Under the pieces are notes generated by a model that had not been told where the DNA came from, made no database searches, and saw nothing but the letters and a program-made list of their open reading frames with translations. A stretch of 64,000 nucleotides of DNA from Candidatus Omnitrophota bacterium (GTDB taxonomy: Bacteria; Omnitrophota; Gorgyraeia; Zapsychrales; JBDRMG01), in contig JBDRMG010000008.1 of assembly GCA_043812495.1 (NCBI GenBank), positions 1,516 to 65,515 on the forward strand. The letters run 5' to 3'. The translations under genes were made by a program, and so were the position numbers. This document shows, in pieces, positions 38,149 to 45,996 of this stretch (positions are counted from its first letter, which is position 1; every line of letters begins with the position of its first letter).

Positions 38149-39641
38149 TATTAATTAATCCCGGTTATAATCGAGAACAAAAACTTGGCGCTTTTTCCCG
38201 ATATGTCCCTTTAAGTGTTCCTATGGGCATTGGATATCTTGCGGCCTATCTGAAAAAGCACGATTGCAAGGTTCAAATAATCGATGAAGAAGTGACGCCT
38301 TTGTCGGATGCGCTTCTTTGTGAATATACAAAAAACCTCGAACGTCCTTATATTTTCGGTATATCCGCGTTAACGGCAGGAATCGAGCGTGCCTACCGTG
38401 TTGCCGATATCCTCAAAGAAAAGTATCCCGAGTGCAAGGTTCTATTTGGTAATGTGCATCCCACTGTTTTGCCAGAAGAAGTTTTAAGCCATCAAAGTGT
38501 TGATCTTGTTGTTCGAGGGGAAGCCGAAGAGATCTTGACCGAACTATACTATCGAATGAAAAACCATCAGGATTATCAAGATATTAAAGGAATCTCATTT
38601 CGCAAAAATGGCCAAATCGTTCACAATGAACCTTCTCCCTTGCCAGATCTTAAAAAAATTCCTCCATTTCCTTATCATCTATTTGAACAGTTCGCCGGTC
38701 AATATGATTTTGGATTTGTAGCGAGCTCTCGCGGCTGTCCGTTTAACTGTATTTTCTGCTCCCAGCGCAGTATTTCGGGCCGACAGTATCGATTTTTTCC
38801 TGCGGACGTTGTTGTCCATTCCATGGAGGAAATTATCTTGAAATACAAACGTTCCTATATTGGTTTTGTCGATGATTTATTCATTATTAATAAAGCCAGG
38901 GTTTTTGAACTTTGCGAAATGATTCGAAAGAAAGGTCTACACAAAAAAGGAATGTTTGACTGTCAGGCACGAGGGGATTTTGTGGATGAAGAGATTCTGA
39001 CCACTCTTAAAGCGTCGGGCTTTCGAACGCTGCATTTTGGCATTGAGACGGCCTCCGAACGCCTGATGAAACTGATCAACAAAAAAGAAACCGTGGCACA
39101 GGTGGTCGGAGGAATTAAACTGGCCAAGAAAATTGGCCTCAGGGTGTCCGGGACTTTTATTTTGGGTCTTCCTACAGAAACTAGAGAAGAGAGACGGGCC
39201 GCTTATCGATTGGCTAAAGAATTGTCCTTGGATTATGTACGTTTTAATAACGCCACACCTTATCCCGGGACGGAATTGTACAATATTGCCGTTAAGGAAA
39301 ATCGTCTCAATCCTGGCAAGAACTGGGAAAATCTTAATGCTTGCGGAACGCTTGTGGAATCACCTTTTAAGGAAAACCCTTTGGCGTACGTGCCACTCGG
39401 CACATCTGAAAGAGTTTTGCGATGCGATATCTTAAAGTATAATCTGTTTTATTCGTTTCGCTTACAGAGCATTATCAAAATCTTAAGAGAAAGAATTGCC
39501 GCCGGCGCCTGGCTGACGCTTCCGGAAAAATGGTATTTTAAGATTGAAGAATGGATCTATTTAATCAAGTTTGCTTTTCGAATTCTATTCTCATTTGGAA
39601 AGGTTTTTCTGTATAGTATTCTGACTATGTTTGAAAGGTAA
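38145..39641 (+). CDS. Cobalamin-binding radical SAM protein (class B)
   Basis: B12-binding N-terminal domain. SSRGCPFNCIFCSQ motif. Confidence 0.75.
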   Translation: MILINPGYNREQKLGAFSRYVPLSVPMGIGYLAAYLKKHDCKVQIIDEEVTPLSDALLCEYTKNLERPYIFGISALTAGIERAYRVADILKEKYPECKVLFGNVHPTVLPEEVLSHQSVDLVVRGEAEEILTELYYRMKNHQDYQDIKGISFRKNGQIVHNEPSPLPDLKKIPPFPYHLFEQFAGQYDFGFVASSRGCPFNCIFCSQRSISGRQYRFFPADVVVHSMEEIILKYKRSYIGFVDDLFIINKARVFELCEMIRKKGLHKKGMFDCQARGDFVDEEILTTLKASGFRTLHFGIETASERLMKLINKKETVAQVVGGIKLAKKIGLRVSGTFILGLPTETREERRAAYRLAKELSLDYVRFNNATPYPGTELYNIAVKENRLNPGKNWENLNACGTLVESPFKENPLAYVPLGTSERVLRCDILKYNLFYSFRLQSIIKILRERIAAGAWLTLPEKWYFKIEEWIYLIKFAFRILFSFGKVFLYSILTMFER

Positions 39642-39645
39642 GAAG

Positions 39646-40170
39646 ATGAGTGTCTTTTTATATGGACTACTGTTGTTTGGTTTGAGTGTTTGTGTGCATT
39701 TTTGTATCTGGAAAATTCACGCGCCAAAAAATCATGCGCGGGCACTCGTTTGGATATTTGTGGGTGTATATTTCATTTCGATACTTCTATTTCTTTGCTG
39801 TCGCGGCACGATGACTCTTTTTGGGGTCGTTTTACCTCAAACAATCCTTAGATATACACAATTTTCTTTTTTGTTTTCTTCTTTGGCTGTTTTTTATGTC
39901 GCCAATTATCCCTCGATCGAAGTAGATAGTCCTTCGATGGTGATGATTCTCGCTATCGCTCAAAAAGGACGTGAGGGACTTGATAAGAAAACTTTTGAAC
40001 AGGACATGAATGATGACATTCTTGTTGTTCCGCGCGTGTATGATCTTCACAAAGGCGGCATGACCTATTTAGAGGACAATCGGTATAAACTCACAACAAG
40101 CGGAAAGTTGATTGCCCGTTTGTTTGTATTTCAGCGGATGCTTTTAGGCAAGAAAGAAAAGGGTGGTTAA
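39646..40170 (+). CDS. Small membrane protein (4 TM plus a C-terminal soluble domain), hypothetical
   Basis: The listed ORF begins with TTG at 39631. The first ATG is at 39646. Architecture is similar to the next gene. Confidence 0.5.
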   Translation: MSVFLYGLLLFGLSVCVHFCIWKIHAPKNHARALVWIFVGVYFISILLFLCCRGTMTLFGVVLPQTILRYTQFSFLFSSLAVFYVANYPSIEVDSPSMVMILAIAQKGREGLDKKTFEQDMNDDILVVPRVYDLHKGGMTYLEDNRYKLTTSGKLIARLFVFQRMLLGKKEKGG

Positions 40171-40176
40171 CGGCTC

Positions 40177-40692
40177 ATGGGAATTGTTCGATATATATAC
40201 TCACCTTTCTTCGGCTTGGCTGTGAGCATTATTGTTCAGGTGCTGATCCTCCGCTTCAACAGCCGTTTTAGCCTCTTGAAATCCATGGTGATTGGGTTTT
40301 TTTGTGGGTTTGCCGGTCTTATGATAATCGACATCGGATATAATGTATCCACCGCTTCAAGAGGAGAGCTCTTATTAAACCTGAATCTCTTTATTTATTG
40401 TCTGTGGGCCAATGTTTATTTTCATTTTGTGAATATGGGGGAAACGGCGCGGCGCATAAGAATTTTAAGAGAGCTTTATGAAGCTTCAGGCGGCCTGACT
40501 TTGGATGAGCTTCTTGAACGCTATAATGCCAAGGGGATCATTGAAAAAAGAATCGAACGATTAGTGCACAATGATCAGATTATTTTTAAGGAAGGGAAAT
40601 ATTATATTAAGAATCGATTATTATGGCTGGTCGCAAAGATGATTATTTCAATGAAGTTCATCTTTCTTGGTAAAAGAAGCGAATTTGATTAG
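40177..40692 (+). CDS. Small membrane protein (4 TM plus a C-terminal soluble domain), hypothetical
   Basis: ORF only. Architecture resembles the preceding gene. Confidence 0.5.
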   Translation: MGIVRYIYSPFFGLAVSIIVQVLILRFNSRFSLLKSMVIGFFCGFAGLMIIDIGYNVSTASRGELLLNLNLFIYCLWANVYFHFVNMGETARRIRILRELYEASGGLTLDELLERYNAKGIIEKRIERLVHNDQIIFKEGKYYIKNRLLWLVAKMIISMKFIFLGKRSEFD

Positions 40693-40705
40693 GCAATAAA
40701 AGAAA

Positions 40706-40765
40706 TCATTTGTCAGCAATAAATTTCAACCAAATCTGCCGGGTTCTCGGTCCGTCAAACTCCAT
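40706..40765 (-). pseudogene. Diverged duplicate of the last 19 codons of yjbQ (encodes MEFDGPRTRQIWLKFIADK* versus the true MEFDGPRTREVWLKFISD*)
   Basis: About 85% nucleotide identity to 40842-40895. The two copies are separated by the 73 nt hairpin element. Confidence 0.7.
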
Positions 40766-40838
40766 TCTTCTTCGCTCTCATGTTTTCACATGAGAGCTCC
40801 GAAGCAATTTCAAACTTTAGAGCGAAGCAGAACCTTTT
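40766..40838. repeat. Hairpin element of the TTCTTCTTCGCTC family, inserted between the true and duplicated yjbQ 3' ends
   Basis: TTCTTCTTCGCTCT...AGAGCGAAGCAGAA outer stem. Inner hairpin GCTCTCATG-ttttca-CATGAGAGC. The 18-mer CTCCATTCTTCTTCGCTC (40760-40777) is identical to 9749-9766 at the ssrA 3' end. Confidence 0.7.
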
Positions 40839-41234
40839 TCAATCTGAAATAAATTTTAACCAAACTTCTCTGGTTCTCGGTCCGTCAAACTCCATCAAAA
40901 AGATCCCTTGCCATGTTCCCAACTGCAGATTTCCGTTCTCCACGATAAAAGTCTGAGAAAAACCCATGAGGCTGCCCTTGATATGGGCATCGGCGTTATC
41001 TTCCGCATGATTAAATCCGAAATCTTGCGGCACGGTTTTCTTCAAGAAATAATGGATGTCCCGCTTGACATCGGGATCCGCGTTCTCATTGACCGTTAAG
41101 GCTGCCGTGGTATGAGGAGAGTAGACGACTAAAATCCCTGAGTCGCATTTTTCCTTGCGAAGATAGTCTTTGATGTCAGGTGTTAAGTCAATAATTTGCT
41201 CTCTTTGGGTTGTTGGAACGTTGAACTTATACAT
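40839..41234 (-). CDS. YjbQ/UPF0047-family protein
   Basis: Conserved UPF0047 segments (GILVVYSPHTTAALTVNEN...DAHIKGSLMG...LGTWQGIFLMEFDGPR). Confidence 0.8.
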   Translation of the reverse strand: MYKFNVPTTQREQIIDLTPDIKDYLRKEKCDSGILVVYSPHTTAALTVNENADPDVKRDIHYFLKKTVPQDFGFNHAEDNADAHIKGSLMGFSQTFIVENGNLQLGTWQGIFLMEFDGPRTREVWLKFISD

Positions 41235-41409
41235 AAATTAATTATATACCTTTTTGAGTAGTCCAAAAAGTTATTTCATAAACTCACAAAAGGTTTAAGA
41301 TGACTATCGGGCATTGTCGGCAGAGGCATCGAATCCGACAAATTCCAATAAAAATATTCAACTTCATGCAAATTTTATATTCGCATTCATCATTTAGTAG
41401 TATAATTTC

Positions 41410-42639
41410 ATGGAATCGAGTACGATTAACGACATGACTCTTATTTCCAGAAAATGTAATTTTGCGATCCTGTCCGTTGTCCTTGTGATCATTGGCTGCC
41501 TTGGCATTGCTGAGAGCGTGATACGCATTCATAATGCCTTTGAGAAGAAAAGAAGAAAAATTTGGATTCCGGATCCTTTCATCGGTTACGTCCACGCGCC
41601 CAACAATGAATTTGTTTGGGAGAATAAATCTCTTGAAGAATTCTCGGTGCACCATAAAACAAATTCCTTAGGCCTCCTGGGCGATGAGATTTCCATTCAA
41701 AAACCTGCCCATGTTTTCCGTATCATCATGCTTGGTGATTCCTTCACAGAGGCCCTGCAGATTGAAAAAGGTAAGAGTTTTTGTAAAAGACTTGAGAAGC
41801 TGCTGAATGAAAATATGGCACCAGGCACGGAAAGGTTTGAAGTTCTTAATGCGGGTGTTTCGGGTTATTCCCCTATCATGCAATACCAATATTATAAAAG
41901 GAAATTGTCAAGGCTTAATCCAGATCTTGTCATTTTGCAAATGTGGACCAATGATGTTTTTGAGGACTACAAGGTCGCTGCGATGAGCGTCTTAGACAAA
42001 GAGGGCCTTCCCACAAAAATCAATCTATTTTTTAATAAGAAGTATATTAATCATTCCGAATCCGCTATCAAAAATTTAAGATTCATCTCGTTCGTTTACG
42101 ATTTAAACAACTTCCTGATGGATCATAGCCGTTTTTATGAATACATGTATGGTCTTTTTGTCAGGCTGAATAAGAATAGTCCGTATAATAAGAAAATGAC
42201 AAGCCAGGTCGAATATGACGACGGTTATCAGTTTTCCGTTATCATGTCCTCTTGTCTTGGAAATCATACCCAAAGAGCCCTTGCCAATACGGAAAAATAT
42301 ATTTTGGCCTTGAAAAGGATCGTCGAGGAGAACGGAAGCCGTTTTTTTGTTTTTTATATTCCTCACGAGGCACAACTTGCACTCGACCATTACAGTAGCC
42401 ACACAACCAGGTATTTTAGCCAATTGCCGGCCGATACCTGTATCGATGATTTTCTTAAAGAAGAAAGCCAAAAACAAAAATTTGAGTTTTTCGATTTACT
42501 AGACACCTTCGAGACTAATAAACAGAAAAAAATGTTTATCGATTATGACGGCCACTTAAATGAAGTGGGGCACGAAGTGGTTGCGCAGGCGTTGTTTAAT
42601 TTTTACCAGGAGCGTGGAAAGGGTTTAGGCGAGAAATAA
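41410..42639 (+). CDS. SGNH/GDSL-hydrolase-family protein with N-terminal membrane anchor
   Basis: GDSF (block I, IIMLGDSFTEAL). Catalytic DxxH near the C-terminus (DYDGHLNEVGH). Confidence 0.65.
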   Translation: MESSTINDMTLISRKCNFAILSVVLVIIGCLGIAESVIRIHNAFEKKRRKIWIPDPFIGYVHAPNNEFVWENKSLEEFSVHHKTNSLGLLGDEISIQKPAHVFRIIMLGDSFTEALQIEKGKSFCKRLEKLLNENMAPGTERFEVLNAGVSGYSPIMQYQYYKRKLSRLNPDLVILQMWTNDVFEDYKVAAMSVLDKEGLPTKINLFFNKKYINHSESAIKNLRFISFVYDLNNFLMDHSRFYEYMYGLFVRLNKNSPYNKKMTSQVEYDDGYQFSVIMSSCLGNHTQRALANTEKYILALKRIVEENGSRFFVFYIPHEAQLALDHYSSHTTRYFSQLPADTCIDDFLKEESQKQKFEFFDLLDTFETNKQKKMFIDYDGHLNEVGHEVVAQALFNFYQERGKGLGEK

Positions 42640-42675
42640 ACAGACCATAGCATTGTGTCCAAAGGAAAAGCTACA

Positions 42676-42712
42676 GGCAACTTGAGAGCAACTTGAGTTG
42701 CCTTATTTTTTT
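42676..42712 (+). terminator. Rho-independent terminator (GGCAACT...AGTTGCC followed by a T-run)
   Basis: Read directly after the SGNH gene stop. Confidence 0.7.
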
Positions 42713-42732
42713 GACCCTAGAAAAGATAGTGC

Positions 42733-42762
42733 TTGACATACCCCAAGGGGGTATGCTATACA
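42733..42762 (+). promoter_or_regulatory. Sigma70 promoter (TTGACA-18-TATACA) with the GC-rich palindrome ATACCCC-aag-GGGGTAT in the spacer; candidate CsoR operator
   Basis: Read directly. The palindrome type matches known CsoR operators (ATACCC...GGGTAT-like). Lies 23 nt upstream of the csoR start. Confidence 0.65.
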
Positions 42763-42784
42763 AGAAGGGAAGGAGGATTGAGCA

Positions 42785-43072
42785 ATGAAAAAACACAGCT
42801 ACCCGGACCATGCCGCGCAGATTGTCTCTTTGAGGCGCATCGAAGGGCAGATCCGGGGGATTCAGAAAATGATTGAGGACAAACGGTATTGCGTCGATGT
42901 TCTCATCCAGCTTCGTTCTGTCGTTAAAGCCATTGGTAGCGTGAGAGAGAAAATATTACGCCGGCATTTGGAACATTGCGTCAAAGATGCCCTTCAAGGA
43001 AAATCCGAAGCCGAGCGGCAGAAGAAAATTGACGAGGTTATCAACCTGTTAAGCAGACACAACGGAGATTGA
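42785..43072 (+). CDS. csoR: CsoR/RcnR-family (DUF156) metal-sensing transcriptional repressor
   Basis: LRRIEGQIRGIQKMIEDKRYCVDVLIQL...HLEHCV. The x-Y-x-C ... H ... C arrangement fits a Cu(I)-type CsoR. Confidence 0.8.
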   Translation: MKKHSYPDHAAQIVSLRRIEGQIRGIQKMIEDKRYCVDVLIQLRSVVKAIGSVREKILRRHLEHCVKDALQGKSEAERQKKIDEVINLLSRHNGD

Positions 43073-43073
43073 G

Positions 43074-44339
43074 ATGAAGAATAAATTATTGCTTCCTATC
43101 TTTTTATGCATGGGCGTTCTTTTTGTTTCTTCGCTGTCCTTCGCTCAAGGGGAGCAACAAGATATTTTAGGAGGATTTGTTCAAGAAGCGCTGGAACATA
43201 ATCCTCGAATCCAAGCAGCGCTTAATCGCTGGGAAGCTGCTCAGTATGCTATCGGACGTGTCCAAGGCCTTCCTGACCCTGTCGCTAGCTACGGGTATTT
43301 CGGGGAAAACGTTCAAACGAAGACAGGTCCCCAAGAGCAGAAATTCGGTTTTTCTCAAAAGATTCCATTCCCGGGTAAGCTCAATCTCAAAGGAAAAGCT
43401 CAAGGTAAACAAGCGCAAATATTGAAGGAACAATATGAAGGAACCCGGCGCGAAGTGATCAAAGAGGTCAAGCTAACCTTTTATGATCTTTATTGGATTG
43501 ATCAAGCTATCCGGGTAACGGATGAAGAAAAGGGCATCCTCGAAAACCTTGAGAGGGTTTCCCGCCGAAAGTATGAAACCAATCTGGCGAATCAACAAGA
43601 TGTCATTAAAGCCCAGGTCGAATTGTCTAAACTCGTCGATAAATTGTACCTTCTTAAGCAAAATCGGCAAAGTCTTCAAGCAAAAATGAAAAGTCTTCTC
43701 AACCGAACAGAGAATTTATCACTCGAAAATATTTCTCAGATTAAGGAACGGGATTACTCGTATACTCTCGATACATTAATGGCTTGGGCTGAGGAAACTA
43801 GACCGGAATTGTTGAGCGCGAATCTGGCGACGGAAAAAGCCCAATTTGAGAAATCATTGGCCCGCATGGATTACCTTCCCGATTTTACGTTTGGCGTAGA
43901 ATATATCGATATCGGCGGAGGCACAACGGCGCTTGCGGATGATGGCCAAGATGCCTGGATGGGTATGGTTTCCGTAAACATTCCTCTTTGGTTTGGCCGA
44001 TTAAATACGCAGCTCAATGAAAAAAAGGCAGATTTGAGAGCCGCGCAGAATTACGCTGACAACGTTAAGAATAGCGTGACATACGAAGTGCAGGATATTC
44101 ATTTTAAAATCCTCGCTTATCAAGATATCGTCACCTTATATGAAACGACCCTTATCCCTCAGGCCCAACAGGCTTTTGATGGCGCGAAAACAGGATATGA
44201 ACGCGGCCGGATCGATTTCCTGAATTGGCTGGATGCGCAGAGAACACTTTTACAGACGTGGCTTGCCTATTATAAGGCCGTGGCGGACTATCATAAATCG
44301 ATTGCTTTCTTAGAAAGAATCGTGGGTCGGGATTTATAA
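43074..44339 (+). CDS. Outer-membrane factor of heavy-metal efflux system (CusC/CzcC-like)
   Basis: Signal peptide. Duplicated OEP repeats. ATGA overlap with the csoR stop. Confidence 0.75.
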   Translation: MKNKLLLPIFLCMGVLFVSSLSFAQGEQQDILGGFVQEALEHNPRIQAALNRWEAAQYAIGRVQGLPDPVASYGYFGENVQTKTGPQEQKFGFSQKIPFPGKLNLKGKAQGKQAQILKEQYEGTRREVIKEVKLTFYDLYWIDQAIRVTDEEKGILENLERVSRRKYETNLANQQDVIKAQVELSKLVDKLYLLKQNRQSLQAKMKSLLNRTENLSLENISQIKERDYSYTLDTLMAWAEETRPELLSANLATEKAQFEKSLARMDYLPDFTFGVEYIDIGGGTTALADDGQDAWMGMVSVNIPLWFGRLNTQLNEKKADLRAAQNYADNVKNSVTYEVQDIHFKILAYQDIVTLYETTLIPQAQQAFDGAKTGYERGRIDFLNWLDAQRTLLQTWLAYYKAVADYHKSIAFLERIVGRDL

Positions 44340-44405
44340 GTTTTTATTGATTACAATGGATCGGAAGGATAATAAGAGAATTATCATCATTTAATTTGCT
44401 TACTT

Positions 44406-44559
44406 CCCCTCGTCCGCCATCGATTTTAGCAGTGGACTCGGGGTCAATTCGGCCATGCACTTATGTTTCCGTCAATTCGATAGAATCGAATTGACGAGAC
44501 CTCGCTAAATTTTAGAAAATTAGCGGACATTATCATTCCATAAGTGCAGGCCTCATGGA
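44406..44559 (+). repeat. Modular palindromic intergenic element, copy C (longest; inner hairpin GTCAATTCGAT/ATCGAATTGAC plus inserted CGCTAAATTTT/AAAATTAGCG module)
   Basis: 5' arm 44442-44465. 3' arm 44538-44559 (CATAAGTGCAGGCCTCATgGA). Ends 14 nt before the cusB-like start. Confidence 0.85.
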
Positions 44560-44573
44560 AAGGAGTATGAACC

Positions 44574-45839
44574 ATGAAGACAAAAGTGATTGTTTTGATT
44601 TTGCTTTGCGGACTCATGACGATGGCACTCTATGGAACAAAGGCGACGGCTGAAAATCCCGAAATCAATTACTATACCTGCGGTATGCATCCCAGCGTGA
44701 AGGTATCCCTCGAAGATTATAATAGAGGAAATCAAAGTTGCCCCATTTGCCATATGAATTTGACACCGGTCTATCAAGAAGCGAGGGTCATGCCGTCGAA
44801 AAAAGAACGGAAAGTTCTTTTTTACCGAAATCCGATGAACCCGAGCATCACGTCCAAGGTCCCGGCCAAGGATGAAATGGGCATGGATTATATTCCTGTC
44901 TACGAAGAAGGGGCACAAGAGACATCGACCCCACAAGCTTACATCGAACGTGTTATGGTTAAAGCTGATCAGGCAAAGTTAGCCGGCATTCAAACAGAAC
45001 CCGTAAGAAAATATCATCTTTTCAAAGAAATCCGAACCGTTGGGACCGTGGCCTACGACCCAGAAATGGCGGTGGCACAGGATGAATTTATTTCGGCTGT
45101 AGCGACCCTGGAAAAAATTCGGCAAGGAAAAATTTCCGATATTACCGAGCGGGCCGAAGCCCTGGTGAAATCCTCAGAAAGAAAGTTGCGTCTGCTTGGA
45201 TTAAACCAGTCCCAAATCGATGAATTGGCGCAGACACGAAGCATTCAAGAAAACCTGATTCTTCCAGAGGAAAAAATGTGGGTCTACGCAGAGGTCTATG
45301 AATACGATTTGCCGTGGATCAGCGAAGGAAACAAGATTACGATGACAACGGCTAGTCTACCTGGAGAAGAATTCTACGGCGTTGTGACATCCGTCAATCC
45401 CGTTGTAAATCCGAAAACCCGCTCCGTGACTCTTCGCGCGCAAGTTGATAATCCGGATTTAAAACTTAAACCCGATATGTATGTTGATGTCGTCGTAAAA
45501 AGCATGTACAAGGGGCCGCAAGGCGAAGAGATGATCCTGGCCGTACCCAAAGAAGCTGTTTTAGATACGGGAACAAGAAAGATCGTTTGGGTCGATGACG
45601 GTAATGGAACCTATGAAGGCCGGGAAGTGATCATCGGCCCGGAAGCTATCGCCATGACAGAGAAGAAAGAAATGGAGGCCTATCCCGTTCTGCAAGGTCT
45701 TCAAGAGGGCGATCAGGTTGTCACAAAAGGAAATTTCCTGATTGATTCGCAAAGCCAGATTACGGGAGTGGCGGCTTCGGCTTACAGCGGGGCGTTGGAT
45801 TCACAAAAGGAAAAGATAGCTCCGGCGCATCAACATTGA
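44574..45839 (+). CDS. RND efflux membrane fusion protein (CusB/CzcB-like) with N-terminal metal-binding motif
   Basis: N-terminal YTCGMHP...CPICHMNL Cys/His motif, then the HlyD-like lipoyl/beta-barrel region. Confidence 0.8.
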   Translation: MKTKVIVLILLCGLMTMALYGTKATAENPEINYYTCGMHPSVKVSLEDYNRGNQSCPICHMNLTPVYQEARVMPSKKERKVLFYRNPMNPSITSKVPAKDEMGMDYIPVYEEGAQETSTPQAYIERVMVKADQAKLAGIQTEPVRKYHLFKEIRTVGTVAYDPEMAVAQDEFISAVATLEKIRQGKISDITERAEALVKSSERKLRLLGLNQSQIDELAQTRSIQENLILPEEKMWVYAEVYEYDLPWISEGNKITMTTASLPGEEFYGVVTSVNPVVNPKTRSVTLRAQVDNPDLKLKPDMYVDVVVKSMYKGPQGEEMILAVPKEAVLDTGTRKIVWVDDGNGTYEGREVIIGPEAIAMTEKKEMEAYPVLQGLQEGDQVVTKGNFLIDSQSQITGVAASAYSGALDSQKEKIAPAHQH

Positions 45840-45880
45840 TTAATAAAGAAAAGGAAATATTATAGCTGCATTTGCTTAAT

Positions 45881-45982
45881 CCCCGCCCGCCATTGATTCA
45901 GTGGCGGGCGGGGTCAATTCGGCCATGCACTTATGTTCTCCGCCATAATTCGTGGCGGATCCATAAGCGCAGGCCTCATTGA
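45881..45982 (+). repeat. Modular palindromic intergenic element, copy D (GC hairpin CCCCGCCCGCCA-ttgattcag-TGGCGGGCGGGG plus arms)
   Basis: 5' arm 45912-45935. 3' arm 45961-45982. Ends 14 nt before the ATG at 45997. Confidence 0.85.
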
Positions 45983-45996
45983 GAGAAAGAATCTTC

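Noticed and set aside
40742-40765. The left half of the 40.7 kb direct repeat as a displaced ssrA 3' end (classic tRNA/tmRNA-island attR)
   Set aside because: Aligned against the tmRNA T-arm/acceptor (GAGTTCGATTCTCGCCACCTCCA) it matches poorly. It is instead the reverse complement of yjbQ codons (ATGGAGTTTGAC...).
45881-45913. Possible cobalamin riboswitch B12-box (GCCACTG) in the GC hairpin module of the repeat
   Set aside because: Only a 7-mer within a simple hairpin. None of the other conserved B12-riboswitch elements are present, and it occurs upstream of genes unrelated to cobalamin.
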